A stretch of 64,000 bases of DNA from Rebecca billardiae RCC1528 (lineage: Eukaryota > Protista > Haptophyta): positions 1,612,001 to 1,676,000 of the forward strand of contig OZ251229.1 of the NCBI GenBank assembly GCA_965240325.2, in the 5' to 3' direction. The position numbers were made by a program, and so were the translations under genes. The notes below the pieces were generated by a model that was given only the letters and a program-made list of their open reading frames with translations, searched no databases and was not told where the DNA came from. Below are positions 44,047-55,483 of this stretch, piece by piece. The stretch's first letter is position 1. Each line of letters begins with the position of its first letter.

Positions 44047-47000
44047 CTAGACAAACTTGCGGCGGCCGAGCGGCTTGGAGACGAAGTCGACGCTCGAGTA
44101 GGCCTCCGCCCAGCCGCGCGCCTGGAAGAGCGCGCGCTGCTCCTCCTCGGGCAGCCCAGTGACGCCCACGTAGATGCGCTTGCACATCTCCTGCTGGCCA
44201 CGGCCGTCGAGGATGTCGATCTGCTTCTCGATGTGCTGCGGGCCGCCGAGCGTCTTGCCGATGTGTATAAGCAGCGACTCGAGCCGCTCGTCCGCGTAGT
44301 GCCCGCCGTCCAGCAGCAGGCGCACCGCGGCGAGTCGCAGCGCGTTCTCGCCAAACGCGTCGCCCGACTCCCCGAACGGGAACGAGCAGTAGAGCTCGAC
44401 GGCTGCGAGGGGCTCGGGCGGCGCGAGCGCGCGCGAGAGGATGTACCCGAGCTCCTCATACAGTGAGAGGTCGCGCCGTGCCGCGGGATCGAGGCTGAGC
44501 GCCTGCTCAAGCAGGGGCCGCAGCGGCGCGCGCGGCTCGCCGAGCTCGCGCGCGGCGCGCACGAGGCCCAGTCGTGCGCCGACGGAGGGCTCGTTCGCTG
44601 GGCCGGCGGTTGGCGGGTCAGCGTGCGCGCGCGCGGCGCGCGCGGCCGCGACGGCGCGCGCCAGCGCGGCTGACGTCACACTCGAGGCGGCGTCGGCGGC
44701 GGCCTCCGCCGCGGCGCCGACGGCTGCCAGGAGCAGCGCGCTGCCGCCGTCATCACTCTCAGCGCCGCCCTCGGCGCCGCCCTCGGCGCCGCCTCCCGCG
44801 CTGGCAGCGGGCGCGGCAGGGACGGAGGTCGCGGCGGCTGCCGGTGCCGCGGCGGCAGCCTCCGGGCGTGTCGCCGCGGTGCCAGCAGACGCGGGCGACG
44901 CAACGACCAGCGTGGGAGCAACGGCCGGCTCAGAGCCCGTCATGGCAGGAGTGGCGGTGCCGCCCGCCTTGGGCGTAGCCCCCGCACCCGCGGCCGTGCG
45001 CCGCGCGCCCGCAGCCGCCGTCGATGCGCCTGGCTTGGCGGCCGCCGCCGCCGCCGCGGAGGTGGCAGCCGCGCCGCGCTTGGCTACGGTGGCGCCTGCC
45101 GCGGGCGCGCGTGGCGCGGGTGCCGCGCCCGCGCCAGCCTTGGCGGCGGTGGCGGTGGCGGTGGTCTTGGGCTTGGCCGGCGCAGCCCCGGCGGCGGCGG
45201 AGGAGGAGGACGTCGGCGGCGCCTTGCGTGCGCCAGCGACCGCGGCCGCGCCGGCCGCTCCCGCCTTTGCGGCCGCGCCGTCCGGCCCGAGCTTGCCAGC
45301 TGCGGCGGCACCGGCGCGCGCGGGCGGCGCAGCGGCGCGGGCTGCGGGCCGCGCAGCACTGGCGGTGCTGGCCGCCGCGGCGTTCGTGGGCTTGGGCGCG
45401 CAAGCGGCCGGCCTCGCGCCAGCCGCTCCGGTCGGCTTCTTCGCCGCCGCGCCGCCTGCGCCCGGCTTGGCACCGGCCGCGCCAGCGCCGCCTTTTGCGC
45501 CCGGCGGCCCGGCGGGCGGCGCCGCGGCGGCTGCCCTCGCCGCGGCGGCGGCAGCCAGCTCCGCTCGCGCGGTGGGAGCGCTCGCCTCGAGCGCGCCCCG
45601 CGGCCGACCCTCCAGCTCGATCGCGCGCTCGAAGGCGGCCTTGGCCCCGCGTACCAGCGCCGTCGCGTCGTCTGACGGCTCGGCGCCCGCGGTGCCCGGC
45701 GCCGTCGGCGCCGCCGCTGCGCCCGCCGTCTGCGCTGCCGAGCCCGAGCCGAGGTCCGCGCTGAGATCTGCGAGGGCCAGCAGCGCGTCCCCGTGGAGCT
45801 CGTGGCAGCGCGCGTCGTGTGGCGCGAGTGAGACGAGCAGCCGCGTGCTGGCGAGCACGGAGCGCGCGGCGTCGCGCGCGCGCGAGCCCGCCGCACGCGC
45901 GCCACTGCCCACCACCACCATCACCACGCCCTCCTCGCCGCGCGTCGCGCCGCCGCCGCTTGGGCCGCCGGCGAGCGCCGCGCGCGCTGCCGCGCCCGCG
46001 AGCGCGTACGCGGCAGGCTCTTCGCCAGCAGCCGCGAGCGCGTGCGCCCACTCTGCGCGCAGCGCGGCGCGGTCTGCGAGCACGGCGCGCACGAGCGGCG
46101 GCGGCGGCTGCGCGAGCGCGCTGTTGCCGAGCGCGAGCAGCAGCGCCGCCGCGCACGCCTCGCCGACCGCGCACGCCGCGCACGCCTCGCGCAGCCGATC
46201 TCGCGCAATCTCGGCACGAGCCAATAGGAGCGCGGCGCGCGGCACGTCCGCGCAGAGGTGTGAGCACGTGCACGTCAGGGCGAGCGGCGCGTGCGGCGCG
46301 GGGCCGGCGTCGGGCGCAGCGGCGGACGCCGGAGCGGCTGCGCCCGCCGGCGGACCCGCGCCACGCCAGTCGTGCGCGCGGGTGGGCAGCGCGGCGGCGG
46401 CGCGCGCGAGCGCCCGAGCAAGCCTCGCCGTCACCTGCGCCACCGGCGGTTCGGCCGGCGCCTGCGCTGAGCCCTCCGCGCCGCGCGCGAGCCGCCCGGC
46501 TGCGGCGGGGAGGTCGAGTGTCTCGAGCAGCGCGATGCCGTGGTACAGGCACGCGTCTTCGTACAGCACGACGGGGCTCGCCCAGGGCTCCACACGATGG
46601 TGCACCAGGTGGGCCGGGCGAGGGCCCGTGGCGCCAGCTGAGCGAGCAGCGCCCGAGGCGGCGGCGGCAGCCCCGGCAGCGCCGCCGTCCGCGTCCGGTG
46701 CGGCTGCTGCTGCCCCGTGCGCAGAGGATCGCCATGCGGCGCGGGGCGAGAGCAGCGTGCACGCGCCCACGAGAGGCGGCAGCGCGTCCGACGCCCTGCC
46801 GAGCGCGAGCAACGCCCGGCCGTGCAGCAGCAGGACGATGGGCGCGGCACGCGCCTCGTCTGCAGCCTTCAACGCGGCCTCAGCCGCCGCCTCCGCCTCC
46901 GACGCCTGTGCGCGGCAGGCCGCCTCGTCGGCCTCGTCGGCGCCAGCGCCGGCGGCGCCGCCCGCCGTGCCCGCACCCACGCCGCCGGCGCCCCGCGCCA

Positions 47001-48036
47001 CGCCGAGCCGCTTCGACTGCCACTCGTGCAGCCTCGCCAGCTCGTCCGCCTCGGCGCCGCCGCCGCCTCCCGCGGCGAGCACCGCGCGACGCTTCAGCTC
47101 GATTGCCCGGAGCGCTTGCGCGGGGTCGGACTGCTGCGAGGGCGGCACGCCGGCGGCGTCCATGAGCGCGCGGATCTCGTCCGCCTCCATGCTCTCGGCC
47201 CCATCGCCGGCCTCCTCGCCCGCGCCCGCGCGTGACGGCTTGGCGGGCGCCGCCGCCTCGCCGAGCCCAAGCCCCACCTGTAGCCGTGCCTCGAGGGCGA
47301 GGGCGGCCGCCAGCGTGTGCGCGCCCGCTGCGGAGGGCTCCTTCTTGAGCAGCGTCTTGAGCCGCTCGCGCGCGCGGCCGAGCCACCATGCCGCCGGATC
47401 GGAGCCGGGCGGCATCGACTTGCGCTCCTGCGCGCGCTCGGGCCGCGCGGCGCGGCTCGCAGGCCATGCGGCCTCTGCGCTCAGCGCGGCCTCGAGCCGA
47501 GCCGAGAGCAGGCAGACGCGCACAAAGAGAGGCATGCCCGGCTTGAGCGGCTTCCCGCCCGGCGCGGAGACCTCCGTGCTCGTCTGTAGCGCCTCGTCCA
47601 GCTTGCCGTCGAGGGCCTGCAGCTGCGCCAGCTCGAGCTTTTGCGTCGAGGGCGAGTTGAAGCGCTTCTGGGCGGTCTCTCGCGCCTCGCGCGCGCCGTC
47701 CGCGCACGCGGCGCCAAGGCGCGAGAGCGCGAGCGCGCGGCCGGTGGCGACGCGAATGGACTTCTTCGCCACCGCCTCATCCGGAAGCGCCGGCTCGAAC
47801 GCCGCGAGCGCGCCATCCACATCGCCTGCCTCCAACAGCAGCTCACCGAGCAGAGCGCGCGCATCCGCCGCGCCCTGCGCGACGGCGCGTCGGGCGAAGG
47901 GCAGCGCGCAGGGGAAGCTGGCGACGTGGTGGAGCTCGTCCGCACGGCTCAAGCTCTCCTCGCCCGGGAGCACTCCAGAGCTGTGCACGCTCTTCTCCAG
48001 TGCGTTCGCCGCTCGCTCGGCGGCGAGCTGAGCCAT
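44047..48036 (-). CDS. Large TPR-like helical-repeat protein with Ala/Lys-rich low-complexity insert
   Basis: Uninterrupted ~1330-aa ORF with TPR-like segments (LLGELLLEAGDVDGALAAFE, PHDARCHELHGDALL, AFERAIELE). Confidence 0.7.
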   Translation of the reverse strand: MAQLAAERAANALEKSVHSSGVLPGEESLSRADELHHVASFPCALPFARRAVAQGAADARALLGELLLEAGDVDGALAAFEPALPDEAVAKKSIRVATGRALALSRLGAACADGAREARETAQKRFNSPSTQKLELAQLQALDGKLDEALQTSTEVSAPGGKPLKPGMPLFVRVCLLSARLEAALSAEAAWPASRAARPERAQERKSMPPGSDPAAWWLGRARERLKTLLKKEPSAAGAHTLAAALALEARLQVGLGLGEAAAPAKPSRAGAGEEAGDGAESMEADEIRALMDAAGVPPSQQSDPAQALRAIELKRRAVLAAGGGGGAEADELARLHEWQSKRLGVARGAGGVGAGTAGGAAGAGADEADEAACRAQASEAEAAAEAALKAADEARAAPIVLLLHGRALLALGRASDALPPLVGACTLLSPRAAWRSSAHGAAAAAPDADGGAAGAAAAASGAARSAGATGPRPAHLVHHRVEPWASPVVLYEDACLYHGIALLETLDLPAAAGRLARGAEGSAQAPAEPPVAQVTARLARALARAAAALPTRAHDWRGAGPPAGAAAPASAAAPDAGPAPHAPLALTCTCSHLCADVPRAALLLARAEIARDRLREACAACAVGEACAAALLLALGNSALAQPPPPLVRAVLADRAALRAEWAHALAAAGEEPAAYALAGAAARAALAGGPSGGGATRGEEGVVMVVVGSGARAAGSRARDAARSVLASTRLLVSLAPHDARCHELHGDALLALADLSADLGSGSAAQTAGAAAAPTAPGTAGAEPSDDATALVRGAKAAFERAIELEGRPRGALEASAPTARAELAAAAAARAAAAAPPAGPPGAKGGAGAAGAKPGAGGAAAKKPTGAAGARPAACAPKPTNAAAASTASAARPAARAAAPPARAGAAAAGKLGPDGAAAKAGAAGAAAVAGARKAPPTSSSSAAAGAAPAKPKTTATATAAKAGAGAAPAPRAPAAGATVAKRGAAATSAAAAAAAKPGASTAAAGARRTAAGAGATPKAGGTATPAMTGSEPAVAPTLVVASPASAGTAATRPEAAAAAPAAAATSVPAAPAASAGGGAEGGAEGGAESDDGGSALLLAAVGAAAEAAADAASSVTSAALARAVAAARAARAHADPPTAGPANEPSVGARLGLVRAARELGEPRAPLRPLLEQALSLDPAARRDLSLYEELGYILSRALAPPEPLAAVELYCSFPFGESGDAFGENALRLAAVRLLLDGGHYADERLESLLIHIGKTLGGPQHIEKQIDILDGRGQQEMCKRIYVGVTGLPEEEQRALFQARGWAEAYSSVDFVSKPLGRRKFV

Positions 48037-48179
48037 GCTCCCAGTGATGAAATGACGATCGATGCCCGGCCAGGCCCACCCACAGAAGGGCGGGGCCGGG
48101 GCAAGAATCACGGTGCAAACAAAAGCATGGAGTCCGCACACGAGCAAGGGCGGGCCTTGTGGGGTGGCCAGGTCAAGGG

Positions 48180-50874
48180 CGGGGAACTTACAGTTTACTA
48201 AGAATAAGAGACGCACACAGCTCAGGCAGGCGAGATTCAGACCGTCTGAATCGGCCCCCTCATCGCTCAGACCGGTCTGAGCGAGGGCCCGATTCAGACG
48301 GTTTTTGGGCCCGCCCCACTGGCGAGCGCGCTGCGGGAGTGCGGGACGCACCTCGCACTGGGGGCGGTGCACACTGCACTCACGGCGCGCCGCGATGTGT
48401 TCGGGCGGTGGATGGGGCTGAATCGGCCGAGAGTGACGGTGCGATCGGCCGCGATGCGTCTGCCATCACCCAGTGAGCTCGTGCGGTGCCAGCTCGCCCT
48501 TCGCTTCGTCGCCACTCGCAATCGCACCAGTCGCGCGCGTCCATGGCTTGCCTTTCGCGCGCTGTGTTCTCGCGGAGTGTGTGCTTGGCAGCAGGGTGCT
48601 CGTGGCCGGTGGTTGCCGTCGCAGAGGATCGGAATGTGCGCAGCTACGCTACATCCCAGACACCATGTGCCCGTCCTCGTCGAGCGTTGGAGAGACACGC
48701 GTGTCGCGCATGCGCTCGCGGAAGCAGGCTGCACAGCGGCGCGCGGGCGTGGCTGCGCGCGCATGACAAGGTGCACCACACAGCTGCCCCCGCCATGAGC
48801 ACCAGCTGTGCACGCACCTCTTCCGTGTTGTCTGCTCCGCCAGGCCGCCACGGTGCGGAGACTGCGCGCGTCAGACACCGACAGTCAGCGGCCACAGCTG
48901 ACACGGTTGCGTGCGGCAGCAATCTGGCTCACAGCTTTCTCTCGGAAGCGATGGCCACGTCGACCGGCTGGCACCGTCGGTGCGCTCAGCGATGGCGCGA
49001 CATCGCTGCCACCTACCGCTGGGGACTCCTCGCGCAATAAAGCCCTCGTTCCTCGTCGGAAGGGCGGGCGTGATCGCTCCACGCATCGCTCACGCTGCTC
49101 GCCTTGCTCACGGCCACGCTTGCGCTCACGCTCGCGACATCGGCCGCGCCACCGCCCGTGGTCGTACTCTCGGTCACCACCGCCGTGGTGGTTTCGGGTG
49201 CTTACGTTTGACCTGGTCTACCGTGCGCCGGCAGCCGCCAGGCGAGTGCATTGGCCTCCGGCCGGCAGGGCGGCCGTTCTCACTCTGCGAGTGCGCGCGC
49301 TGGCGCGAACTGCTTCGGTACGCATGCCCGGCGTCCTGATTCAGACGGCAAGTGCATCTGCATCCGCCCGACACGCCGCCCACTGAGCGCCAGGCGCCGG
49401 ACCGATGGTGCTATTGCTGCAGCTGGGCGGATCAGGTGCCGAGCTTCTGACGCTGTGCACGTTGCGAAACCCATCGCCATTGCCGCACCCGTCCGCATGC
49501 GCATGGGACGGCGCTGCTTGAGGCGCTGCCATCAGGCGCGCGGCGGGCGGCCTCCGCCCTCGGCACCGCCGCCGAAGTGCGAGACGCGGAAGCGGAGGTC
49601 TCGCCCACGTACAGCGCTGCTCTGCGCGCCGCGCGGGACACGCCCACCACGCCCAGTTCTTCGGCAAACTCCCGAGGCTCCGAGCGCCGACGCTGTATGT
49701 GACGAGTTGAGCCCTGCTGCACAGCTTCTGACAGGCTAAGTCTCGGACTCTGCTGCAAGCTGCATTTAATAAAAACAAATGGCGGTGGGATAAAAAGTTA
49801 AAAGTGGCTGCAGCAATTCCCATTCCACAAGTCATCTCCCCTCATAACGCTAGTACGGCTGCGTTGAGGCTACCAACACGAGCAACAGCAGTTGCTGTCT
49901 CAGCCGCAACATCTGCAGCAGCTGCTGGTCCTTGGAGCAGCACTCCCGCGACAGCGCGCCCCCGAAGGAGCTGCGTGCGCGGCTGCTCGGACGACTGTGC
50001 CTATTGCTGCCGCTCAGCCGAGCATCGTGCCACAGCTGCCGGAGGTGCAAGGGCTGCGAGTGCTGTTGGCGAGTGCGGGTGTACCAGTGGCAGCGATTGG
50101 GGTGACTGCCACCGGCGCTGCTGCTGTTTCATCAATCGAAGCTGCAGCAACGGCTGCATCAGCTGCTGCACGCCATGGCATGTGCCAGTGACCTGTGTGC
50201 GCCGTGGCCGCTGACTGTCGGTGTCTCACGCGCGCAGTCTCCGCACCGTGGCGGCCTGGCGGAGCAGACAACACGGAAGAGGTGCGTACACAGCTGGTGC
50301 TCATGGCGGGGGCAGCTGTGTGGTGCACCTTGTCATGCGCGCGCAGCCACGCCCGCGCGCCGCTGTGCACTACCTGCTTCCGCGAGCGCATGCGCGACAC
50401 GCGTGTCTCTCCAACGCTCGACGAGGACGGGCACATGGTGTCTGGGATGTAGCGTAGCTGCGCACATTCCGATCCTCCGCGACGGCCACCACCGGCCACG
50501 AGCACCCTGCTGCCAAGCACACACTGCGCGAGAACACAGCGCGCGAACGGAAAGCCATGGACGCGCGCGACCGTGGTGCGATTGCGAGTGGCGACGAAGC
50601 GAAGGGCGAGCTGGCACCGCACGAGCTCACTGGGTGATGGCAGACGCATCGCGGCCGATCGCACCGTCACTCTCGGCCGATTCAGCCCCATCCACCGCCC
50701 GAACACATCGCGGCGCGCCGTGAGTGCAGTGTGCACCGCCCCCAATGCGAGGTGCGTCCCGCAGCGCGCTCGCCAGTGGGGCGGGCCCAAAAACATCTGC
50801 TGAATCGGGCCCTCGCTCAGACCGGTCTGAGCGAGGGGGCCGATTCAGATGACGGTCTGACTGTAAGTTCCCCG
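48180..50874. mobile_element. Foldback element A (2.7 kb), ~700-bp inverted arms, 9-bp TSD (Mutator-like by structure)
   Basis: Ends CGGGGAACTTACAG / CTGTAAGTTCCCCG. Arms ~48180-48908 and ~50191-50874. TSD GGTCAAGGG (48171-48179, 50875-50883). Confidence 0.88.
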
Positions 50875-50884
50875 GGTCAAGGGC

Positions 50885-53431
50885 CAGTGGTGCTAATCTG
50901 CCCTGAGGGCACCGTGCCCTCTGGAGGGCACCGTGCCCTCGTGGGGCTCTGAGGGCACGGTGCCCTCGCGGGACGCAGCCTCGCACTGCGCGGCGCGCCG
51001 CGATGAGTTCGAGTGGTGGACGGGGGTGCATCGGGTGCTAGTGACGGTACGATGGGCCGCGACGAGCCCACCATCACCCAGTGATCTCGTGCGGTGCCAG
51101 CTCGCCCTCCTCCTCGTCGTCACTCGCACTGGCACCACGTCGCGCGCGCGCGCATGGCTTGCCTTGCGCGCGCTGTGTTCACGCGCAGTCTGCTTGGCAG
51201 CAGGGCGACCGTGGCTGGTGGTTGCGGTCGCGGATGATTGGAGTGTGTGCAGCTGCGCTACATCCGCACGCGACCCGCCCGTCCTCGTCGAGCGCTGGAG
51301 AGACACGCGTGTCGCGCATGCACTCGAGTGGAAGCAGGAGAGCGGCACGCGAGCTTGGCTGCGCGCGCACGACAAGGTGCGCCAACACACAGCTCCTCCC
51401 GCCATAAGCACCAGCTACGCACACACCCCTTCCGCGCTGCCTGACCTGCGAGGCCGCCGCGGTGCGGACACTGCGTGAGACACCCACGGTCAGCGGCCAC
51501 GGCTGACACTGGTCAACAGCTCATGCAGCCGTTGCTGCAGCTTCGATTGCAACAGCAGCAGCGCTGGTGGCAGTCAACCCCATCGCTGTCGCTGGCGTAA
51601 CCACCCTCGGCGCCATAGCGCCCACGGCACCAGCAGCCCTTGCACGTCCAGCAGCTGCGGCACGTCGCTCGGCTGAGTGGCGGCAATACGGACTAGGTTG
51701 TCGTCCGAGCAGCCGCGCGGGCAGCTCCATGACCTTGGGGCGCCCTGTCGCTGCATGCCGCTCCAAGCGTCTGCTGTAGCTGCTGCGGCTGAGACAGCAA
51801 CTGCTATTGCTCGCGATGGCAGCTTCACCGCAGCTGTACCATCAGCATCATCAGTTGTGACTTACTTAGAACGCGATGTGGCAATAAATGGGATTTCCGC
51901 CGTTTTTTTCGCTCGATGGATTTGAATAATAAATGAAAATCCCGCTGTGACCTTGGAGACTTGGAGACTTGATGTGTGCACACACTTGACGTGGCGGCTG
52001 TGCTGCAGGGCTCACACGGGACGTCGGCGCATGGAGCCTGGGGAGCTCTTATCCGCAGAGGCGTGGTAGGCGTGCTCCACCCCGCACGCAGCCCAGCGCT
52101 GTAGCAGCCGCTTCCGCGTACTCGCACTTTGGCGGTGGTGCCAAGGCCGCGCGCCGCTCGCCTGACGGCATCGCCGCAGCAGCGCGGTCCCACGCGCATG
52201 CGGACGGGCGCGGCAATGGCGGTGGGGTTCGCAACGTGCAAGGCGTCAGCGGCTCGGCACCGGGTCCACCCGGCTGCAGCAGTAGCACCGTCGGCGCTCG
52301 CGGCGCATGCGGCGTCAGGCGCTCACCAAGCGGCGTGTCGGGCGGGTGCGGATGCAGCTGCCGGAACCAGGGCGCCGGGTATGCACGCGGCTGCAGCTCG
52401 CCCCAGCGCGCACTCGCAGGCAGTGAAGTCGGCCGCCCTGCCGGCCGGATTCGTAGGCGCTCGCTTGGCGGCTGCCGGCGCGCGACAAGCCAGAGCACGA
52501 GTAAAGCATCCGCACCGCCACGGCGGTGGTGACAGAGAGCACGACCACGGGCGGTGGTGCCGCCGATGCAGCGAGCGCGAGCTCGAGCGCGGCCGTGAAC
52601 GGTGCAAGCAGCGTCAGCGGCGCGCGGAGCGATCAAGCCCGCCGTTCCAAGAGGAACAAGGGCGGCATTGCGGGAGGGTAGGGGCACCGGCAGACAGCAG
52701 CGATGTCGCGCCATCGCTGATCGGACTGACATGGCTAGCCGGTCGATGTGGCCATTGCTCGCGAGAGTATGCTATGAGCCAGATTGCTGTGCAGCACGCG
52801 ACCGTGTCAGCCGTGGCCGCTGACCGTGGGTGTCTCACGCAGTGTCCGCACCGCGGCGGCCTCGCAGGTCAGGCAGCGCGGAAGGGGTGTGTGCGTAGCT
52901 GGTGCTCATGGCGGGAGGAGCTGTGTGTTGGAGCACCTTGTCGTGCGCGCGCAGCCAAGCTCGCGTGCCGCTCTCCTGCTTCTACTCGAGTGCATGCGCG
53001 ACACGCGTGTCTCTCCAGCGCTCGACGAGGACGGGCGGGTCGCGTGCGGATGTAGCGTAGCTGCACACACTCCAATCATCCGCGACCGCAACCACCAGCC
53101 ACGGTCGCCCTGCTGCCAAGCAGACTGCGCGTGAACACAGCGCGCGCAAGGCAAGCCATGCGCGCGCGCGCGCGACGTGGTGCCAGTGCGAGTGACGACG
53201 AGGAGGAGGGCGAGCTGGCACCGCACGAGATCACTGGGTGATGGTGGGCTCGTCGCGGCCCATCGTACCGTCACTAGCACCCGATGCACCCCCGTCCACC
53301 ACTCGAACTCATCGCGGCGCGCCGCGCAGTGCGAGGCTGCGTCCCGCGAGGGCACCGTGCCCTCAGAGCCCCACGAGGGCACGGTGCCCTCCAAGAGGGC
53401 ACGGTGCCCTCAGGGCAGATTAGCACCACTG
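50885..53431. mobile_element. Foldback element B (2.55 kb), ~630-bp inverted arms, diverged relative of A in opposite orientation
   Basis: Ends CAGTGGTGCTAATCT / AGATTAGCACCACTG. TSD GTCAAGGGC (50876-50884, 53432-53440); 7-bp or 11-bp readings are also possible. Arms and core align with A. Confidence 0.88.
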
Positions 53432-53461
53432 GTCAAGGGCCTTGGCCAGACGCTCGCCAGA

Positions 53462-54571
53462 CAAGGGTAGTAAGGGTGAGCAACTCCGCTGGCGACAGCC
53501 GCGAAGGTCGGCAGCCCTCTGTTTGCCGCGAGCGGAGCGGAGCGAGTGCTATCAGCGGCGGAGGGCGCTGAGGCCGCGCACGGCGTGAGGCGCGGCGTCG
53601 GCCGAGTCGGTCCGCGGAGGATGCGCGGCGCTCGGCCCGCTGCGCAGCGGCAGTGCGCCTCACTTTGCCCCGAGCGCCGTCCGCCGCGTCGCCTCCTTCC
53701 CGCCTTGGAGCAGCACGCATGTGCGCGCCGCCACCTTGAAGGCGGCACGGGCTTGCTCAGACGACCGCGCGCGCGTGGCGCGCGACTTGGTCGGCTGCGC
53801 GCGCGCGCCGCCGCGGTGCAAGGTAGCGCCGCCGCATGCGCGCGCCGTGCCAGCGCGAGAGCGTGTGCGCGGACCTGAGTGCGACCTCACACACATGTCG
53901 AATGCTGCTTGGCATCCGACTTGCGGACTGACGGGAAGCTGGAAAAGACAGCGGCGTGAGTGTTGGTACCATCGATGCGGAGCCTTAGCGTCCACTTGCA
54001 TTCGTGCTGAGAAGGAATAGACAAGACTAGGCCTTCGTCCTGGGTATCCAATGTCACTCAACACCTCGCTGATCGACCCGACGAGTGCCAGCGTGAGGCA
54101 CAGCAAATCATTCGTGAGAGCAAGCAGACAAGCGAGCACTACGCTCATGAGATGGCCGTGAGCAAAGGCTCGCGCGGGCACGGCGCGCGCATGTGGTGGC
54201 GCTACCTTGCACCGCGGCGGCGCGCGCGCGCAGCCGACCAAGTCGCGCGCCACGCGCGCGCGGTCGTCTGAGCAAGCCCGTGCCGCCTTCAAGGTGGCGG
54301 CGCGCACATGCGTGCTGCTCCAAGGCGGGAAGGAGGCGACGCGGAGGACGGCGCTCGGGGCAAAGTGAGGCGCACTGCCGCTGCGCAGCGGGCCGAGCGC
54401 CGCGCATCCTCCGCGGACCGACTCGGCCGACGCCGCGCCTCACGCCGTGCGCGGCCTCAGCGCCCTCCGCCGCTGATAGCACTCGCTCCGCTCCGCTCGC
54501 GGCAAACAGAGGGCTGCCGACCTTCGCGGCTGTCGCCAGCGGAGTTGCTCACCCTTACTACTGTACCCTTG
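53462..54571. mobile_element. Foldback element C (1.1 kb), CAAGGG...CCCTTG ends, ~395-bp arms, 7-bp TSD
   Basis: TSD CGCCAGA (53455-53461, 54572-54578). Arms ~53462-53859 and ~54169-54571. Confidence 0.88.
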
Positions 54572-54585
54572 CGCCAGACACGGTC

Positions 54586-55483
54586 ATTGACACTGGCCCA
54601 CAGGGGGGGGTTCCGAATTGGTCCCCCGACCTCGAGCTCGATGGCTGCCGCACGCGCGTGCCCAGCGTGCCTCGCGCGTGTACGTGCACGGTAGGGCGTC
54701 CCGACAGCGGCGGGGTGGCGTAGATGGTCGCATGGGAGGTGCATCCGTGTGTCGGAGACGTCTCGGCGCCTCGGTGGCGTGCCCACACCTCTCCTTGTCG
54801 CCGCTTGCCTGCTGCGTGCTCGGCCAGCCGTTTGGAGTGCACGCCTGCACGTGCACGGCCAGTGTCGGGCGGATCGAGCCGTAGCGAGTGTGCTTGCGGG
54901 TACTCCCACCCGATGCGGCTCTCTGCCGCCGTCGCAAGCCCTCGCGCGTGTCCTGGAACCTGCCGAATCTAGTCGGGCATGCGCCCAACATGCTCGCGAA
55001 CATTGCCCAGGAATCGCATCAGAAATGCGCTATTTGAAAATAAAACTGGACAGCATGTGGTGTACCACCATGACAACACTGAACACGTCGTGGGTTGGAG
55101 TGCACGGCTTGGGATTGATGCACGAGAGCTACTACGACGGCGGCAGAGAGCCGCATCGGGTGGGAGTACCCGCAAGCACACTCGCTACGGCTCGATCCGC
55201 CCGACACTGGCCGTGCACGTGCAGGCGTGCACTCCAAACGGCTGGCCGAGCACGCAGCAGGCAAGCGGCGACAAGGAGAGGTGTGGGCACGCCACCGAGG
55301 CGCCGAGACGTCTCCGACACACGGATGCACCTCCCATGCGACCATCTACGCCACCCCGCCGCTGTCGGGACGCCCTACCGTGCACGTACACGCGCGAGGC
55401 ACGCTGGGCACGCACGTGCGGCAGCCATCGAGCTCGAGGTCGGGGGACCAATTCGGAACCCCCCCCTGTGGGCCAGTGTCAAT
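54586..55483. mobile_element. Foldback element D (0.9 kb), ~350-bp arms, short ambiguous TSD (AT or ATT)
   Basis: Ends ATTGACACTGGCCCACAG / CTGTGGGCCAGTGTCAAT. Arms 54586-54934 and 55135-55483. Confidence 0.8.

Noticed and set aside
44441-48031. 1196-aa plus-strand ORF and the many other long overlapping ORFs
   Set aside because: Antisense or alternate-frame shadows of real genes, expected when stop codons are rare at this GC content. No domain motifs.
50905-50967. Palindromic 17-bp repeats with short spacers as a CRISPR-like array
   Set aside because: Spacers are only a few bp, the context is eukaryotic, no cas genes are present, and the repeats are subterminal TE motifs.
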